Position numbers and translations under genes: made by a program | Assembly: GCA_014359855.1 (NCBI GenBank) | Contig: JACIYQ010000244.1 | Coordinates: 1 to 60,591, forward strand | Direction: 5' to 3' | Length of the DNA stretch: 60,591 bases | Origin: Parvibaculum sp. | Lineage (GTDB): Bacteria; Pseudomonadota; Alphaproteobacteria; Parvibaculales; Parvibaculaceae | In this document: positions 52,007 through 60,591 of the stretch, piece by piece | How positions within the stretch are numbered: position 1 is the first letter of the stretch | How the letters are laid out: each line of letters starts with the position of its first letter | The notes under the pieces: generated by a model | Database searches by the model: none | What the model was told of the DNA's origin: nothing | The model's input: the letters and a program-made list of their open reading frames with translations, nothing else

Positions 52007-52226
52007 TGCCGCCCTGTCTCTGTTGGCCGTTTGGCTTGGGGCCAGCCTAGGCATATTCATGCGATTGTCACGTCGCGTAACGCTTTCTTTTGTCGTCCGG
52101 CGGACACGCGACACGCCTCCTTGCCGATGGGCCGGACGAGGTTCATCGTATTGTCATCGCGAAATCCGTGCTCAAGTGCTACCACGATGACATGAGTTGG
52201 GATTTCTGAGTCTGACGGTAGAGAGA

Positions 52227-53534
52227 ATGGCGGCGGCGGAAGGCGGTTCGAGGCTGGTGCGCGGCAAGGCGAGACTGCGGGACTTCGCTGTCCGGTGGAC
52301 GGGCACGCGCACGTTTGTTGGTTCTGCCGCTGTGATCTTCCTGTTGCTGGCGCTTTCCGGGGCGCTGCATCCCGTTGCCGCCGTCGTTTCCTTTCTCCTC
52401 CTCGCGGGCGTTGCCGCGACGAGGCTGATGGCAATCGGTGAGACCTCGCCCATTCGCATCGGCTCCGTGCGGGACGAGGACGCATCGGTGCTTGTCGGCG
52501 GCACCGCCATGGCGCTCCTCGATCGCCTGCCGGATCCGCTCGTCGTCGTGGACGACGCAGGCCGTGTCCTCTACGCAAATGGCGCGGCGGAACCGCTCCT
52601 CGGAAAGAGCGTCATCGGACGCCATGTCGCAACGGTGCTGCGCAGTGCGCCGCTCATCGAAGCGATCAATGCTGTCATCCGGGACGGCGCCGTACGCACC
52701 ATCGAATATACCGTCCCTGTCCCCGTGCAGCGGAACTACAGCGCCTTCGTCGCACCCGTCGCCGCGCAGGGCGGTTCGGCATCGAAGCAGATTCTGGTTC
52801 TGCTGCGCGATGTCACCGAGGCGTGCCGCATCGAGGCCATGCGCGCGGACTTCGTCGCTTTCGCAAGCCATGAATTGAAAACGCCGCTCGCCTCGCTGTC
52901 CGGTTTCATCGACACGCTGCGCGGTCATGCGAAGGACGACCCCGAAGCGCGCGACAAATTTCTCGGCATCATGGCGGATCAGGCGACGCGTATGCGCCGG
53001 CTGATCGAGGACCTGCTCTCGCTGTCGCGCATCGAGTTGCGCGAGCATGTGCGGCCTTCCGATGCGGTCGATCTCTTCGGCGTCGTCAGCGACGTGACGG
53101 ACGGGCTGAGCCCTCTCGCGGATCAATACGGTGTCGAGATCGGCGTCACCGCGCCCGCGTCTCTTCCGAAGGTGATGGGGGATCGCGACGAACTCGCGCA
53201 GGTCGTCCAGAACCTCGCCGACAATGCGCTGCGCTATGGCCGCTCGGGAAAACGCATCGACATTTCTCTCTCGCCGGACGCAAAGGGCGGCAAGCCTGTC
53301 GTCCGCCTCACCGTCCGCGACTACGGACCCGGCATCGCGAAGGAGCACATCCCCCGGCTGACGGAACGCTTCTATCGCGTCGACCCCGCGGCAAGCCGTG
53401 CTCGCGGCGGAACCGGCCTCGGGCTTGCCATCGTGAAGCACATCGTGAACCGCCATCAGGGTACGCTTTCGATCGAAAGCGAACTCGGCCAGGGCTCGTC
53501 TTTTTCGGTCCTGCTGCCGGTCGCGCCCCAATAG
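52227..53534 (+). CDS. phoR: phosphate regulon sensor kinase
   Basis: PAS region, ASHELKTPL, ERFYRVD, GGTGLGLAIVKH; upstream of pst operon. Confidence 0.9.
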   Translation: MAAAEGGSRLVRGKARLRDFAVRWTGTRTFVGSAAVIFLLLALSGALHPVAAVVSFLLLAGVAATRLMAIGETSPIRIGSVRDEDASVLVGGTAMALLDRLPDPLVVVDDAGRVLYANGAAEPLLGKSVIGRHVATVLRSAPLIEAINAVIRDGAVRTIEYTVPVPVQRNYSAFVAPVAAQGGSASKQILVLLRDVTEACRIEAMRADFVAFASHELKTPLASLSGFIDTLRGHAKDDPEARDKFLGIMADQATRMRRLIEDLLSLSRIELREHVRPSDAVDLFGVVSDVTDGLSPLADQYGVEIGVTAPASLPKVMGDRDELAQVVQNLADNALRYGRSGKRIDISLSPDAKGGKPVVRLTVRDYGPGIAKEHIPRLTERFYRVDPAASRARGGTGLGLAIVKHIVNRHQGTLSIESELGQGSSFSVLLPVAPQ

Positions 53535-53565
53535 TGAAATAGTTGTTTTTCTGACATTCGCAAAA

Positions 53566-53583
53566 CTGTCATGGAACCGTCGT
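53566..53583 (+). promoter_or_regulatory. Pho box upstream of pstS
   Basis: CTGTCAT-GGAA-CCGTCGT. Confidence 0.65.
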
Positions 53584-53726
53584 AAACCTTTTGCGACGCC
53601 CCGCTAGCGTGCGCCCGCCTGAAGGTTTGCAGCCATTCGAATTCACCTGGCGAATTCACTCAAAGGCTCGGGCGCGCTGGGGGGCTGACGTGTTTGCCCG
53701 GTGCCCGGCATTCACATGACTGGAGA

Positions 53727-54767
53727 ATGAACGTGAAACTCAAATCCCTGACGATGGCCGCGACGGTTGCCGTTGCTGCTCTTTCGGTGGCCGGCGTCGC
53801 TCACGCCCGCGACCAGATTTCGATTGTCGGCTCCTCGACGGTGTTCCCCTACACGCAGGCCGTGTCGGAGCAGTTCGCGAACGAGACCGGCAGCCCGGCT
53901 CCGGTCGTCGAATCGACCGGCACGGGCGGCGGCATGAAGATTTTCTGCGGCGGTATCGGCGCCGAGCATCCCGACATCACGGGCGCCTCGCGCGCCATGA
54001 AGGCGTCCGAGTACGAAGCTTGCCAGGCAAACGGCGTGAAGAGCGTCACCGAAGTGCTCATCGGTTATGACGGTCTCTCCATCGCGGTTTCCCGCAAGGG
54101 CACCGAACTCGACCTGACGAAGGCGCAGCTCTTCCAGGCGCTTGCCGCGAAGGTCGAAGTCGGCGGCAAGATCGTCGACAATCCCTACAAGAAGTGGAGC
54201 GAGATCGACAAGTCGCTTCCGGACACCAAGATCGAGGTCTTCGGCCCGCCGCCCACATCCGGCACGCGTGACGCCTTCGTCGAACTCGTGATGGAGGAAG
54301 GCTGCGAAGAGTTCCCGGCCATCGCGGCGCTTGAAAAGGACGCCAAGAAGGAAGTCTGCCAGCGCATGCGCACCGACGGCCCGTTCGTCGAAGCAGGCGA
54401 AAACGACAACCTCATTGTCCAGCGCCTCGAGTCCGATCCGAGCGCCTACGGCATCTTCGGCTACTCCTTCCTCTACGAGAACCAGGACAAGCTGCAGGGT
54501 GTGATGGTCGAGGGCGTTGCGCCGAGCACCGGGACGATCGCCGACGGCTCCTACAAGGTCTCCCGCCCGCTCTTCTTCTATGTGAAGAATGCGCATCGCG
54601 GCGTGATCCCCGGCCTCAACGAATTCGTTGCCGAGTATGTCAGCGAAGACTCGATGGGCGATGGCGGCTATCTCTCCGAGCGCGGTCTGATCCCGCTCTC
54701 CGCCGAGAAGCGCGAAGCCGTCCGCAAGGCCGCCACGAGCGGCACGGACATGGCTGCGCCGAAGTAA
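53727..54767 (+). CDS. pstS: phosphate-binding protein
   Basis: Signal peptide, IVGSSTVFP, STGTGGG, PPPTSGTRDAF. Confidence 0.93.
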   Translation: MNVKLKSLTMAATVAVAALSVAGVAHARDQISIVGSSTVFPYTQAVSEQFANETGSPAPVVESTGTGGGMKIFCGGIGAEHPDITGASRAMKASEYEACQANGVKSVTEVLIGYDGLSIAVSRKGTELDLTKAQLFQALAAKVEVGGKIVDNPYKKWSEIDKSLPDTKIEVFGPPPTSGTRDAFVELVMEEGCEEFPAIAALEKDAKKEVCQRMRTDGPFVEAGENDNLIVQRLESDPSAYGIFGYSFLYENQDKLQGVMVEGVAPSTGTIADGSYKVSRPLFFYVKNAHRGVIPGLNEFVAEYVSEDSMGDGGYLSERGLIPLSAEKREAVRKAATSGTDMAAPK

Positions 54768-54831
54768 CGAAACGATCTCATCCGGCGCTTTCGGGCGCCG
54801 GGTGACCCTCACTCCTTCAGGGCCGAAATTC

Positions 54832-56211
54832 ATGTCCGTCACGCTGCTCTTCGCGATCGTTCTGGCCCTGGCATTTGTCGGATACCTGCTCGGCCGTTCC
54901 AGTGCGGCGAACCTGAAGACGGCAGGCAACAATCTTCACTCGATCCCGCCCTATCACGGCTATTTCGTCGCGCTCTGGTGCGGACTGCCTGCCCTTCTTC
55001 TCGTCCTCGTCTGGATGGCGGCCCAGAGCACGGTCGTCGATCAGCTGCTGCTGGCAAGCCTGCCGTCGCACCTGACGGAAGGCGCGACGCCGGCCCGAAT
55101 TTCGCTGATGCTCGGCGAAATCAAGAATGTTGCGGCAGGGCGCATATTCGGCACACCCGATCAGGCCACGATCGATGCCGCTGCGCGCTACCAGTCGATG
55201 CAGAACACGGCTTCGCTTGCCATGGTGGTGTGCACCCTCGCGGCGGCCGTTGCCGGCATCGCCTTCGCGCGGTCGCGCCTCTCGCCCGACTTCAGGGCCC
55301 GCAACCGCGTCGACGGCATTCTCCGCTGGCTGCTGATTATCTGCTCGATCCTCGCCATTCTCACCACGCTCGGTATCATTCTCTCGCTCGTCATCGAGAG
55401 CCTTTCCTTCTTCGCGCGTGTGCCGGTTGTCGAGTTCCTGTTCGGACTGAACTGGAGCCCGCAGACACCGATCCGCGCCGACCAGGTCGCCTCCACCGGC
55501 GCGTTCGGTGCGGTTCCCGTCTTCTGGGGAACGATCTTCATCAGCGTCATCGCCATGCTCGTGGCTCTGCCGGTAGGTCTCTTCTCGGCAATCTATCTCG
55601 TCGAATATGCCGACAAGCGCATCCGCGCGATCGTGAAGCCGTTGCTCGAAATTCTCGCGGGCATACCGACCATCGTCTACGGCTTCTTCGCTGTGCTGAC
55701 CGTGGCGCCCTTCATCCGCGACTTCGGCACCTCCCTCGGCCTCAGCGTCGCCTCCAACAGCGCGCTCGCTGCCGGTGGCGTCATGGGCATCATGATCATT
55801 CCCTTCATCTCGTCCTTCTCGGACGATGCGATTACCGCCGTCCCCCAGTCCATGCGCGACGGCGCCTATGCGCTCGGAGCGACCAAGGCGGAAACGATCC
55901 GCCAGGTGCTCCTGCCCGCCGCGCTTCCGGGCATTGTCGGCGGTGTCCTTCTGGCCGTGAGCCGCGCCATTGGCGAAACCATGATCGTGGTCATGGCGGC
56001 CGGCCTCACCGCAACCCTGACGGTCAACCCGCTCGAAGGCGTGACGACCGTCACGGTGCAGATCGTGATGTTGCTTACCGGCGACACGGAATTCGACAGC
56101 CCCAAGACGCTCGCCGCCTTTGGCCTCGGTCTTGTCCTTTTCATCTCGACACTGGCGCTCAACATCCTCGCGCTCCAGGTCGTCAAGCGCTATCGGGAAC
56201 GCTATGAGTGA
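54832..56211 (+). CDS. pstC: phosphate ABC permease
   Basis: LEILAGIPTIVYGFF, SRAIGETMIV. Confidence 0.93.
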   Translation: MSVTLLFAIVLALAFVGYLLGRSSAANLKTAGNNLHSIPPYHGYFVALWCGLPALLLVLVWMAAQSTVVDQLLLASLPSHLTEGATPARISLMLGEIKNVAAGRIFGTPDQATIDAAARYQSMQNTASLAMVVCTLAAAVAGIAFARSRLSPDFRARNRVDGILRWLLIICSILAILTTLGIILSLVIESLSFFARVPVVEFLFGLNWSPQTPIRADQVASTGAFGAVPVFWGTIFISVIAMLVALPVGLFSAIYLVEYADKRIRAIVKPLLEILAGIPTIVYGFFAVLTVAPFIRDFGTSLGLSVASNSALAAGGVMGIMIIPFISSFSDDAITAVPQSMRDGAYALGATKAETIRQVLLPAALPGIVGGVLLAVSRAIGETMIVVMAAGLTATLTVNPLEGVTTVTVQIVMLLTGDTEFDSPKTLAAFGLGLVLFISTLALNILALQVVKRYRERYE

Positions 56212-57490
56212 TACCGCCACACAGGGAACGGGCAGGCGCGCCTGGTACGAGCCGGATGCGAAGCTGAAACGCCGTCACGCCGCCGACCGGCGTTTGCGCG
56301 CCTATGGCGTTGCCGCGATCGTTTTCGCGCTCGCCATGCTGATGACGCTTGTCGGCACGATTGCGATCACGGCGGTACCCGCCGTTACGCAGACCGTGGT
56401 GACGTTGAATGTCGAGGTACCGGAAGGCGCGGTGGATGCTTCGGATCCGCGCGGCGGCAGCTATCAGAAGATCCTGAACGAGTCCGTCGCGCGGATTTTC
56501 CCGGAGGTCGATACGCCGCGCGAGATCAGGGAACTGCGCCAGCTCTTCAGCAATGGCGGCCAGTATGCGCTCCGAGACAAGGTGGTTGCCGACACGTCAC
56601 TGATCGGCCGCACCTTCGAGATCACGTTTCCTCTGTCGGACATCGGCGACCAGCTCCACAAGGGTGTGATCGACCGCGATCTCCCGCGCGAGCAGCGCCG
56701 CGTCAGCGACGAGCAGATCGGCTGGTACGACCGCCTGGTCGAACAGGGCCGCATTTCCGCGCCGCTGAACTGGGGGCTGATCTTCAATGCAGACAGCCGC
56801 TTTCCGGAACTCGCCGGCCTGTGGGGCGCTCTTGTCGGCTCCTTCTATGCGCTGCTGATCTGTTTCCTCGTCAGCTTCCCCGTCGGCATCGCCGCGGCCG
56901 TCTATCTCGAGGAATTCGCGCCGAAGAACCGCTTCACCGATCTCATCGAGGTCAACATCAACAATCTCGCCGCCGTACCGTCGATCGTTTTCGGTCTGCT
57001 CGGCCTCGCGGTCTTTCTCAATTTCTTCGGCATGCCGCGCTCGGCGCCTATTGTCGGCGGCCTCGTGCTCTCCCTGATGACGCTGCCGACGATCATCATT
57101 GCGACGCGCGCCGCGCTGAAGGCCGTGCCACCCTCGATCCGCGAGGCCGCCATCGGTGTCGGCGCCTCCAGAATGCAGACGGTCGGGCATCACGTTCTGC
57201 CGCTCGCCATGCCGGGCATTCTGACGGGCACGATCATCGGTCTTGCCCAGGCGCTCGGCGAAACGGCGCCGCTCCTCCTGATCGGCATGAACGCATTTAT
57301 CACCGCCGCTCCGGACAGCATGTTCAATCCCTCGACGGCCCTTCCGACCCAGATATACATCTGGGCGGACAGCCCGGAGCGCGGATTCACGTCCCGCACC
57401 TCGGCGGCGATCATCGTTCTGCTCGCGTTCCTTGTTTGCATGAACGCAATCGCGATTTACATGCGTAAACGGTTTGAAAGAAGGTGGTGA
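56204..57490 (+). CDS. pstA: phosphate ABC permease
   Basis: [22 protein letters not shown]. Confidence 0.93.
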   Translation: MSDTATQGTGRRAWYEPDAKLKRRHAADRRLRAYGVAAIVFALAMLMTLVGTIAITAVPAVTQTVVTLNVEVPEGAVDASDPRGGSYQKILNESVARIFPEVDTPREIRELRQLFSNGGQYALRDKVVADTSLIGRTFEITFPLSDIGDQLHKGVIDRDLPREQRRVSDEQIGWYDRLVEQGRISAPLNWGLIFNADSRFPELAGLWGALVGSFYALLICFLVSFPVGIAAAVYLEEFAPKNRFTDLIEVNINNLAAVPSIVFGLLGLAVFLNFFGMPRSAPIVGGLVLSLMTLPTIIIATRAALKAVPPSIREAAIGVGASRMQTVGHHVLPLAMPGILTGTIIGLAQALGETAPLLLIGMNAFITAAPDSMFNPSTALPTQIYIWADSPERGFTSRTSAAIIVLLAFLVCMNAIAIYMRKRFERRW

Positions 57491-57491
57491 C

Positions 57492-58352
57492 ATGACAATG
57501 CTGGATACCACTGAAGCGTCGGGGATGGTTATGAACAAGACGGCCGAAGAAGCAGGTGCGCTGGCGAAGGCGGTGTCGACCGCGAAGGCCGGGCACGAAA
57601 CGAAAATCGCGGCGAGCAAGGTCTCGGTTTTCTACGGCGACAAACAGGCGCTGTTCGATGTTTCGATCGACATTCCCGAACGGCAGGTCATGGCTTTCAT
57701 CGGCCCGTCCGGTTGCGGAAAATCGACCTTCCTGCGCTGCATCAATCGTATGAACGATACGATCGACATATGCAGCGTGAAGGGAACGATCGAGATCGAC
57801 GGCGCGAATATCTACGATCCGAAAATCGATCCGGTCCTTCTGCGTGCCCGCGTCGGCATGGTTTTTCAGAAGCCGAACCCGTTTCCGAAGTCGATCTACG
57901 ACAACATCGCCTATGGTCCCCGCATTCACGGCGTGGCGAAGGCGGGTTCCGCGATGGACGAGATCGTGGAGCGGAGCCTCCAGCGTGCGGCCCTCTGGAA
58001 CGAGGTGAAGGATCGCCTCGACCAGCCGGGCACGGGCCTGTCTGGCGGCCAGCAGCAGCGTCTGTGCATCGCGCGCGCGATTGCCGTGGATCCGGACATC
58101 ATCCTGATGGATGAGCCTTGCTCGGCGCTCGACCCGATCGCGACCGCCAAGGTCGAGGAACTGATCGATGAACTGAGAGCGCAGTACACGATCGTCATCG
58201 TGACACACTCCATGCAGCAGGCAGCGCGTGTTTCTCAGAAGGCTGCCTTCTTTCATCTCGGCAAACTCATCGAGGTGGACGAGACCGACAAGATGTTCAC
58301 CAACCCGAGCGATCAGCGCACGCAGGACTATATCACGGGCCGCTTCGGCTGA
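57492..58352 (+). CDS. pstB: phosphate ABC ATPase
   Basis: [33 protein letters not shown]. Confidence 0.95.
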   Translation: MTMLDTTEASGMVMNKTAEEAGALAKAVSTAKAGHETKIAASKVSVFYGDKQALFDVSIDIPERQVMAFIGPSGCGKSTFLRCINRMNDTIDICSVKGTIEIDGANIYDPKIDPVLLRARVGMVFQKPNPFPKSIYDNIAYGPRIHGVAKAGSAMDEIVERSLQRAALWNEVKDRLDQPGTGLSGGQQQRLCIARAIAVDPDIILMDEPCSALDPIATAKVEELIDELRAQYTIVIVTHSMQQAARVSQKAAFFHLGKLIEVDETDKMFTNPSDQRTQDYITGRFG

Positions 58353-58398
58353 CGCGCGCCGGCGGACAAGTGTTCCGAGGCCAACAGGAGAATTGGGC

Positions 58399-59115
58399 GT
58401 GACCCAGCATACGGTAAAATCCTTCCAGGAAGAGCTCGACGCGCTCGCCGCGAACATTGCGCAGATGGGCGGGCTCACCGAGGCCCAGCTTTCCGCCGCC
58501 ATCGAAGCGGTCGTCCGCCGCGATACGCAGCTTGCCGAGCGCACGATCCGCGAGGATCAGCGCATCGACGCGCTGGAAGCGGAGATCGAGGCGCATGCGA
58601 TCCGCATGATCGCGCTGCGCCAGCCGATGGCGACCGACCTTCGCGAGGCAATCGCGGCGATCAAGATTTCGATCGATCTCGAGCGCATCGGCGACCTCGC
58701 CAAGAACATCGCCAAGCGCGCGATGGTACTGCAGAACGACTTTGAAGGGACGAACCGGCTTATCCAGGGCATCTCGCGCATGGGCCGTCTCGCCCAGCGC
58801 CAGCTCAAGCATGTGCTGGACGCCTATTCGAGCCGCGAAGCGCAGGCAGCGATGGAAGTGTGGCGCGACGACGAGGAAATCGACGCGATGTACAACTCCG
58901 TCTTCCGCGAACTCCTGACCTACATGATGGAAGATCCGCGGACGATCGGTGTCTCGACCCATCTGCTCTTCGTGGCGAAGAACATCGAGCGCATCGGCGA
59001 CCACGCGACCAACATCGCCGAAACCATCAGCTATCTCGTGACCGGCGAATGGGTGAGCGATGAACGTCCGAAGGGCGACACGACGAGTACCACAGCCGTG
59101 CAGAGCGGCAGCTAG
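58399..59115 (+). CDS. phoU: phosphate signalling protein PhoU
   Basis: RQPMATDLR, LERIGD, IERIGDHATNIAE; GTG start with AGGAG RBS. Confidence 0.94.
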   Translation: MTQHTVKSFQEELDALAANIAQMGGLTEAQLSAAIEAVVRRDTQLAERTIREDQRIDALEAEIEAHAIRMIALRQPMATDLREAIAAIKISIDLERIGDLAKNIAKRAMVLQNDFEGTNRLIQGISRMGRLAQRQLKHVLDAYSSREAQAAMEVWRDDEEIDAMYNSVFRELLTYMMEDPRTIGVSTHLLFVAKNIERIGDHATNIAETISYLVTGEWVSDERPKGDTTSTTAVQSGS

Positions 59116-59257
59116 AGGAGGCATCTGAGCCATGGGAATAACGCTTGCCCGTCGCGGTGAACAGGGTCAGGCTTCAATGGAAAGCTTGGAAAAGATTCGT
59201 TCCTTGTCCGAAAGTGCCGACCAGGGACAATCCGAGCGCAGCCAGTTTGAACGCAGA

Positions 59258-59953
59258 ATGAAACCGACCGTCATGATCGTCGAGGATGAGGAAGCGCTTT
59301 CCACGCTCCTCCAGTACAACCTCGACAAGGAAGGCTACAAGGTGATGGCGGCCGCCGATGGCGAGGAGGCGGACCTGATGATTCGCGAGACGGCGCCGGA
59401 CCTCATCCTTCTCGACTGGATGTTGCCGGGCCTCTCGGGCATCGAGCTTTGCCGCCGTCTGCGCGGCCGGGCCGAAACCCGCAATGTGCCGATCATCATG
59501 ATCACGGCACGCGGCGAGGAGACGGATCGCATTCGCGGCCTCGACACGGGGGCCGACGATTACGTGACGAAGCCATTCTCGATGACGGAGCTTCTCGCCC
59601 GCATCCGCGCCGTCATGCGGCGCATCCGCCCGGCGCTCACCGAGGATCTCGTTACCTTCGGCGACATCATCATCGACCGTGCGGCGCATCGCGTGCGCCG
59701 TGGCGAGCGCGAGGTTCATCTCGGACCGACCGAGTATCGCCTGCTCGACCACCTGATCCAGTATCCGGGCCGCGTCTTCAGCCGCGAGCAGTTGCTCGAC
59801 GCCGTCTGGGGGTCCGATGTCTATGTCGAGGCGCGCACCGTCGATGTGCATGTCGGCCGCCTTCGCAAGGCGCTGAGCCAGAAGGGCGAAAAGGACCCGA
59901 TTCGCACCGTCCGTTCCGCAGGCTACTCGCTGGACGAGCAGTTCCACGGCTGA
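59258..59953 (+). CDS. phoB: response regulator PhoB
   Basis: LLDWMLP, GADDYVTKPF, LGPTEYRLL, RTVDVHVGRLRK. Confidence 0.95.
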   Translation: MKPTVMIVEDEEALSTLLQYNLDKEGYKVMAAADGEEADLMIRETAPDLILLDWMLPGLSGIELCRRLRGRAETRNVPIIMITARGEETDRIRGLDTGADDYVTKPFSMTELLARIRAVMRRIRPALTEDLVTFGDIIIDRAAHRVRRGEREVHLGPTEYRLLDHLIQYPGRVFSREQLLDAVWGSDVYVEARTVDVHVGRLRKALSQKGEKDPIRTVRSAGYSLDEQFHG

Positions 59954-59973
59954 CGGCCTTCAGGCCTCCATAC

Positions 59974-60009
59974 AAAAAAACCGGCACCCACCTTCTGTGG
60001 ATGCCGGTT
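59974..60009 (-). terminator. intrinsic terminator between convergent phoB and gcrA
   Basis: A7 tract then CCGGCA...TGCCGG hairpin. Confidence 0.7.
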
Positions 60010-60061
60010 CCTTCCCCTCAGGTCCCCCCGGTTGCCCGCCGGAAGCAGGTCTTGTGCGCCG

Positions 60062-60577
60062 TCAGCTGACCAGCCGGTCCTTGCGCATCCGGTCACGCTC
60101 GCGGTTCCGCCGTGCCTGCACGGGCTGGTAGGCCAGGCGCGCATGCTCGGTGCAATAGGGAGAGCCATGGTCGGCGCCACGGCCGCAGAAATGGAAGCCC
60201 GGCCGGCCCGGGTCGCCGATCGGCCATTTGCAGGTGTGCTCGGTCAAGGTGAGCACCGTCGTCCGCTGCACGGGTTCGAGCCCGCGCTCCTCGACATGTG
60301 CCGCCTCGGCCTTCCGGGCGCTCTGGCTGCGCTGCTGCTCTTCCTCGCGCATCTCCGCCGTCAGCGGATCGGGCTGCCCGCGAACGAGCGTGCGGGGCGC
60401 CTGCGGGCGTGCACGGGCAGGGCGGCTCGGCGTGGCCCGCCCGGAAAGCCCCAGACGATGCACCTTGCCGATCACGGCATTACGGGTCACGCCGCCGAGC
60501 TGCTTGGCGACCTGGCTGGCGCTCAGGCCTTCGGCCCACAGCTTCTTCAGCAGTTCCACGCGTTCATCGGTCCACAT
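60062..60577 (-). CDS. gcrA: cell-cycle regulator GcrA
   Basis: MWTDERVELLKKLW, TRNAVIGKVHRLGL, CKWPIGDP, YCTEH. Confidence 0.93.
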   Translation of the reverse strand: MWTDERVELLKKLWAEGLSASQVAKQLGGVTRNAVIGKVHRLGLSGRATPSRPARARPQAPRTLVRGQPDPLTAEMREEEQQRSQSARKAEAAHVEERGLEPVQRTTVLTLTEHTCKWPIGDPGRPGFHFCGRGADHGSPYCTEHARLAYQPVQARRNRERDRMRKDRLVS

Positions 60578-60591
60578 GATGTTACCTTCCC

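Noticed and set aside
52140-52157. Pho box upstream of phoR (GGTTCAT-CGTA-TTGTCAT)
   Set aside because: Plausible but the first half-site is weak; not enough support to list as a feature.
52227-60577. pho/pst operon and gcrA as novel
   Set aside because: Standard alphaproteobacterial core arrangement.

Overview
Alphaproteobacterial chromosome segment (GcrA, PhoR-PstSCAB-PhoU-PhoB backbone). It starts in the 3' end of an rRNA operon (23S end, 5S, initiator tRNA-Met). Directly after the tRNA is a ~43 kb nitrogen-fixation island (530-43517), closed by an exact 42-bp copy of the tRNA 3' half. The island holds a Mo-nitrogenase gene set (nifHDKENX, nifQ, nifB, nifA, short nifU, nifSVW, cysE, two nifZ, nifT, fixABCX, modD, several ferredoxins), a sufBCDSUT operon, bolA/grxD and many uncharacterised accessory genes. 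I found eleven sigma-54 promoter motifs and nine exact NifA-type TGT-N10-ACA sites. There is no integrase. The right att site fuses in register into a decayed modA gene at a tRNA-anticodon-like pseudo-site. A second, decayed cargo region (43518-~51130: gene fragments plus an intact HlyD-RbbA-YhhJ-type ABC exporter) follows, then core genes (SDR, pho/pst, gcrA). Protein calls rest on motif recognition from the translations, not on database searches.
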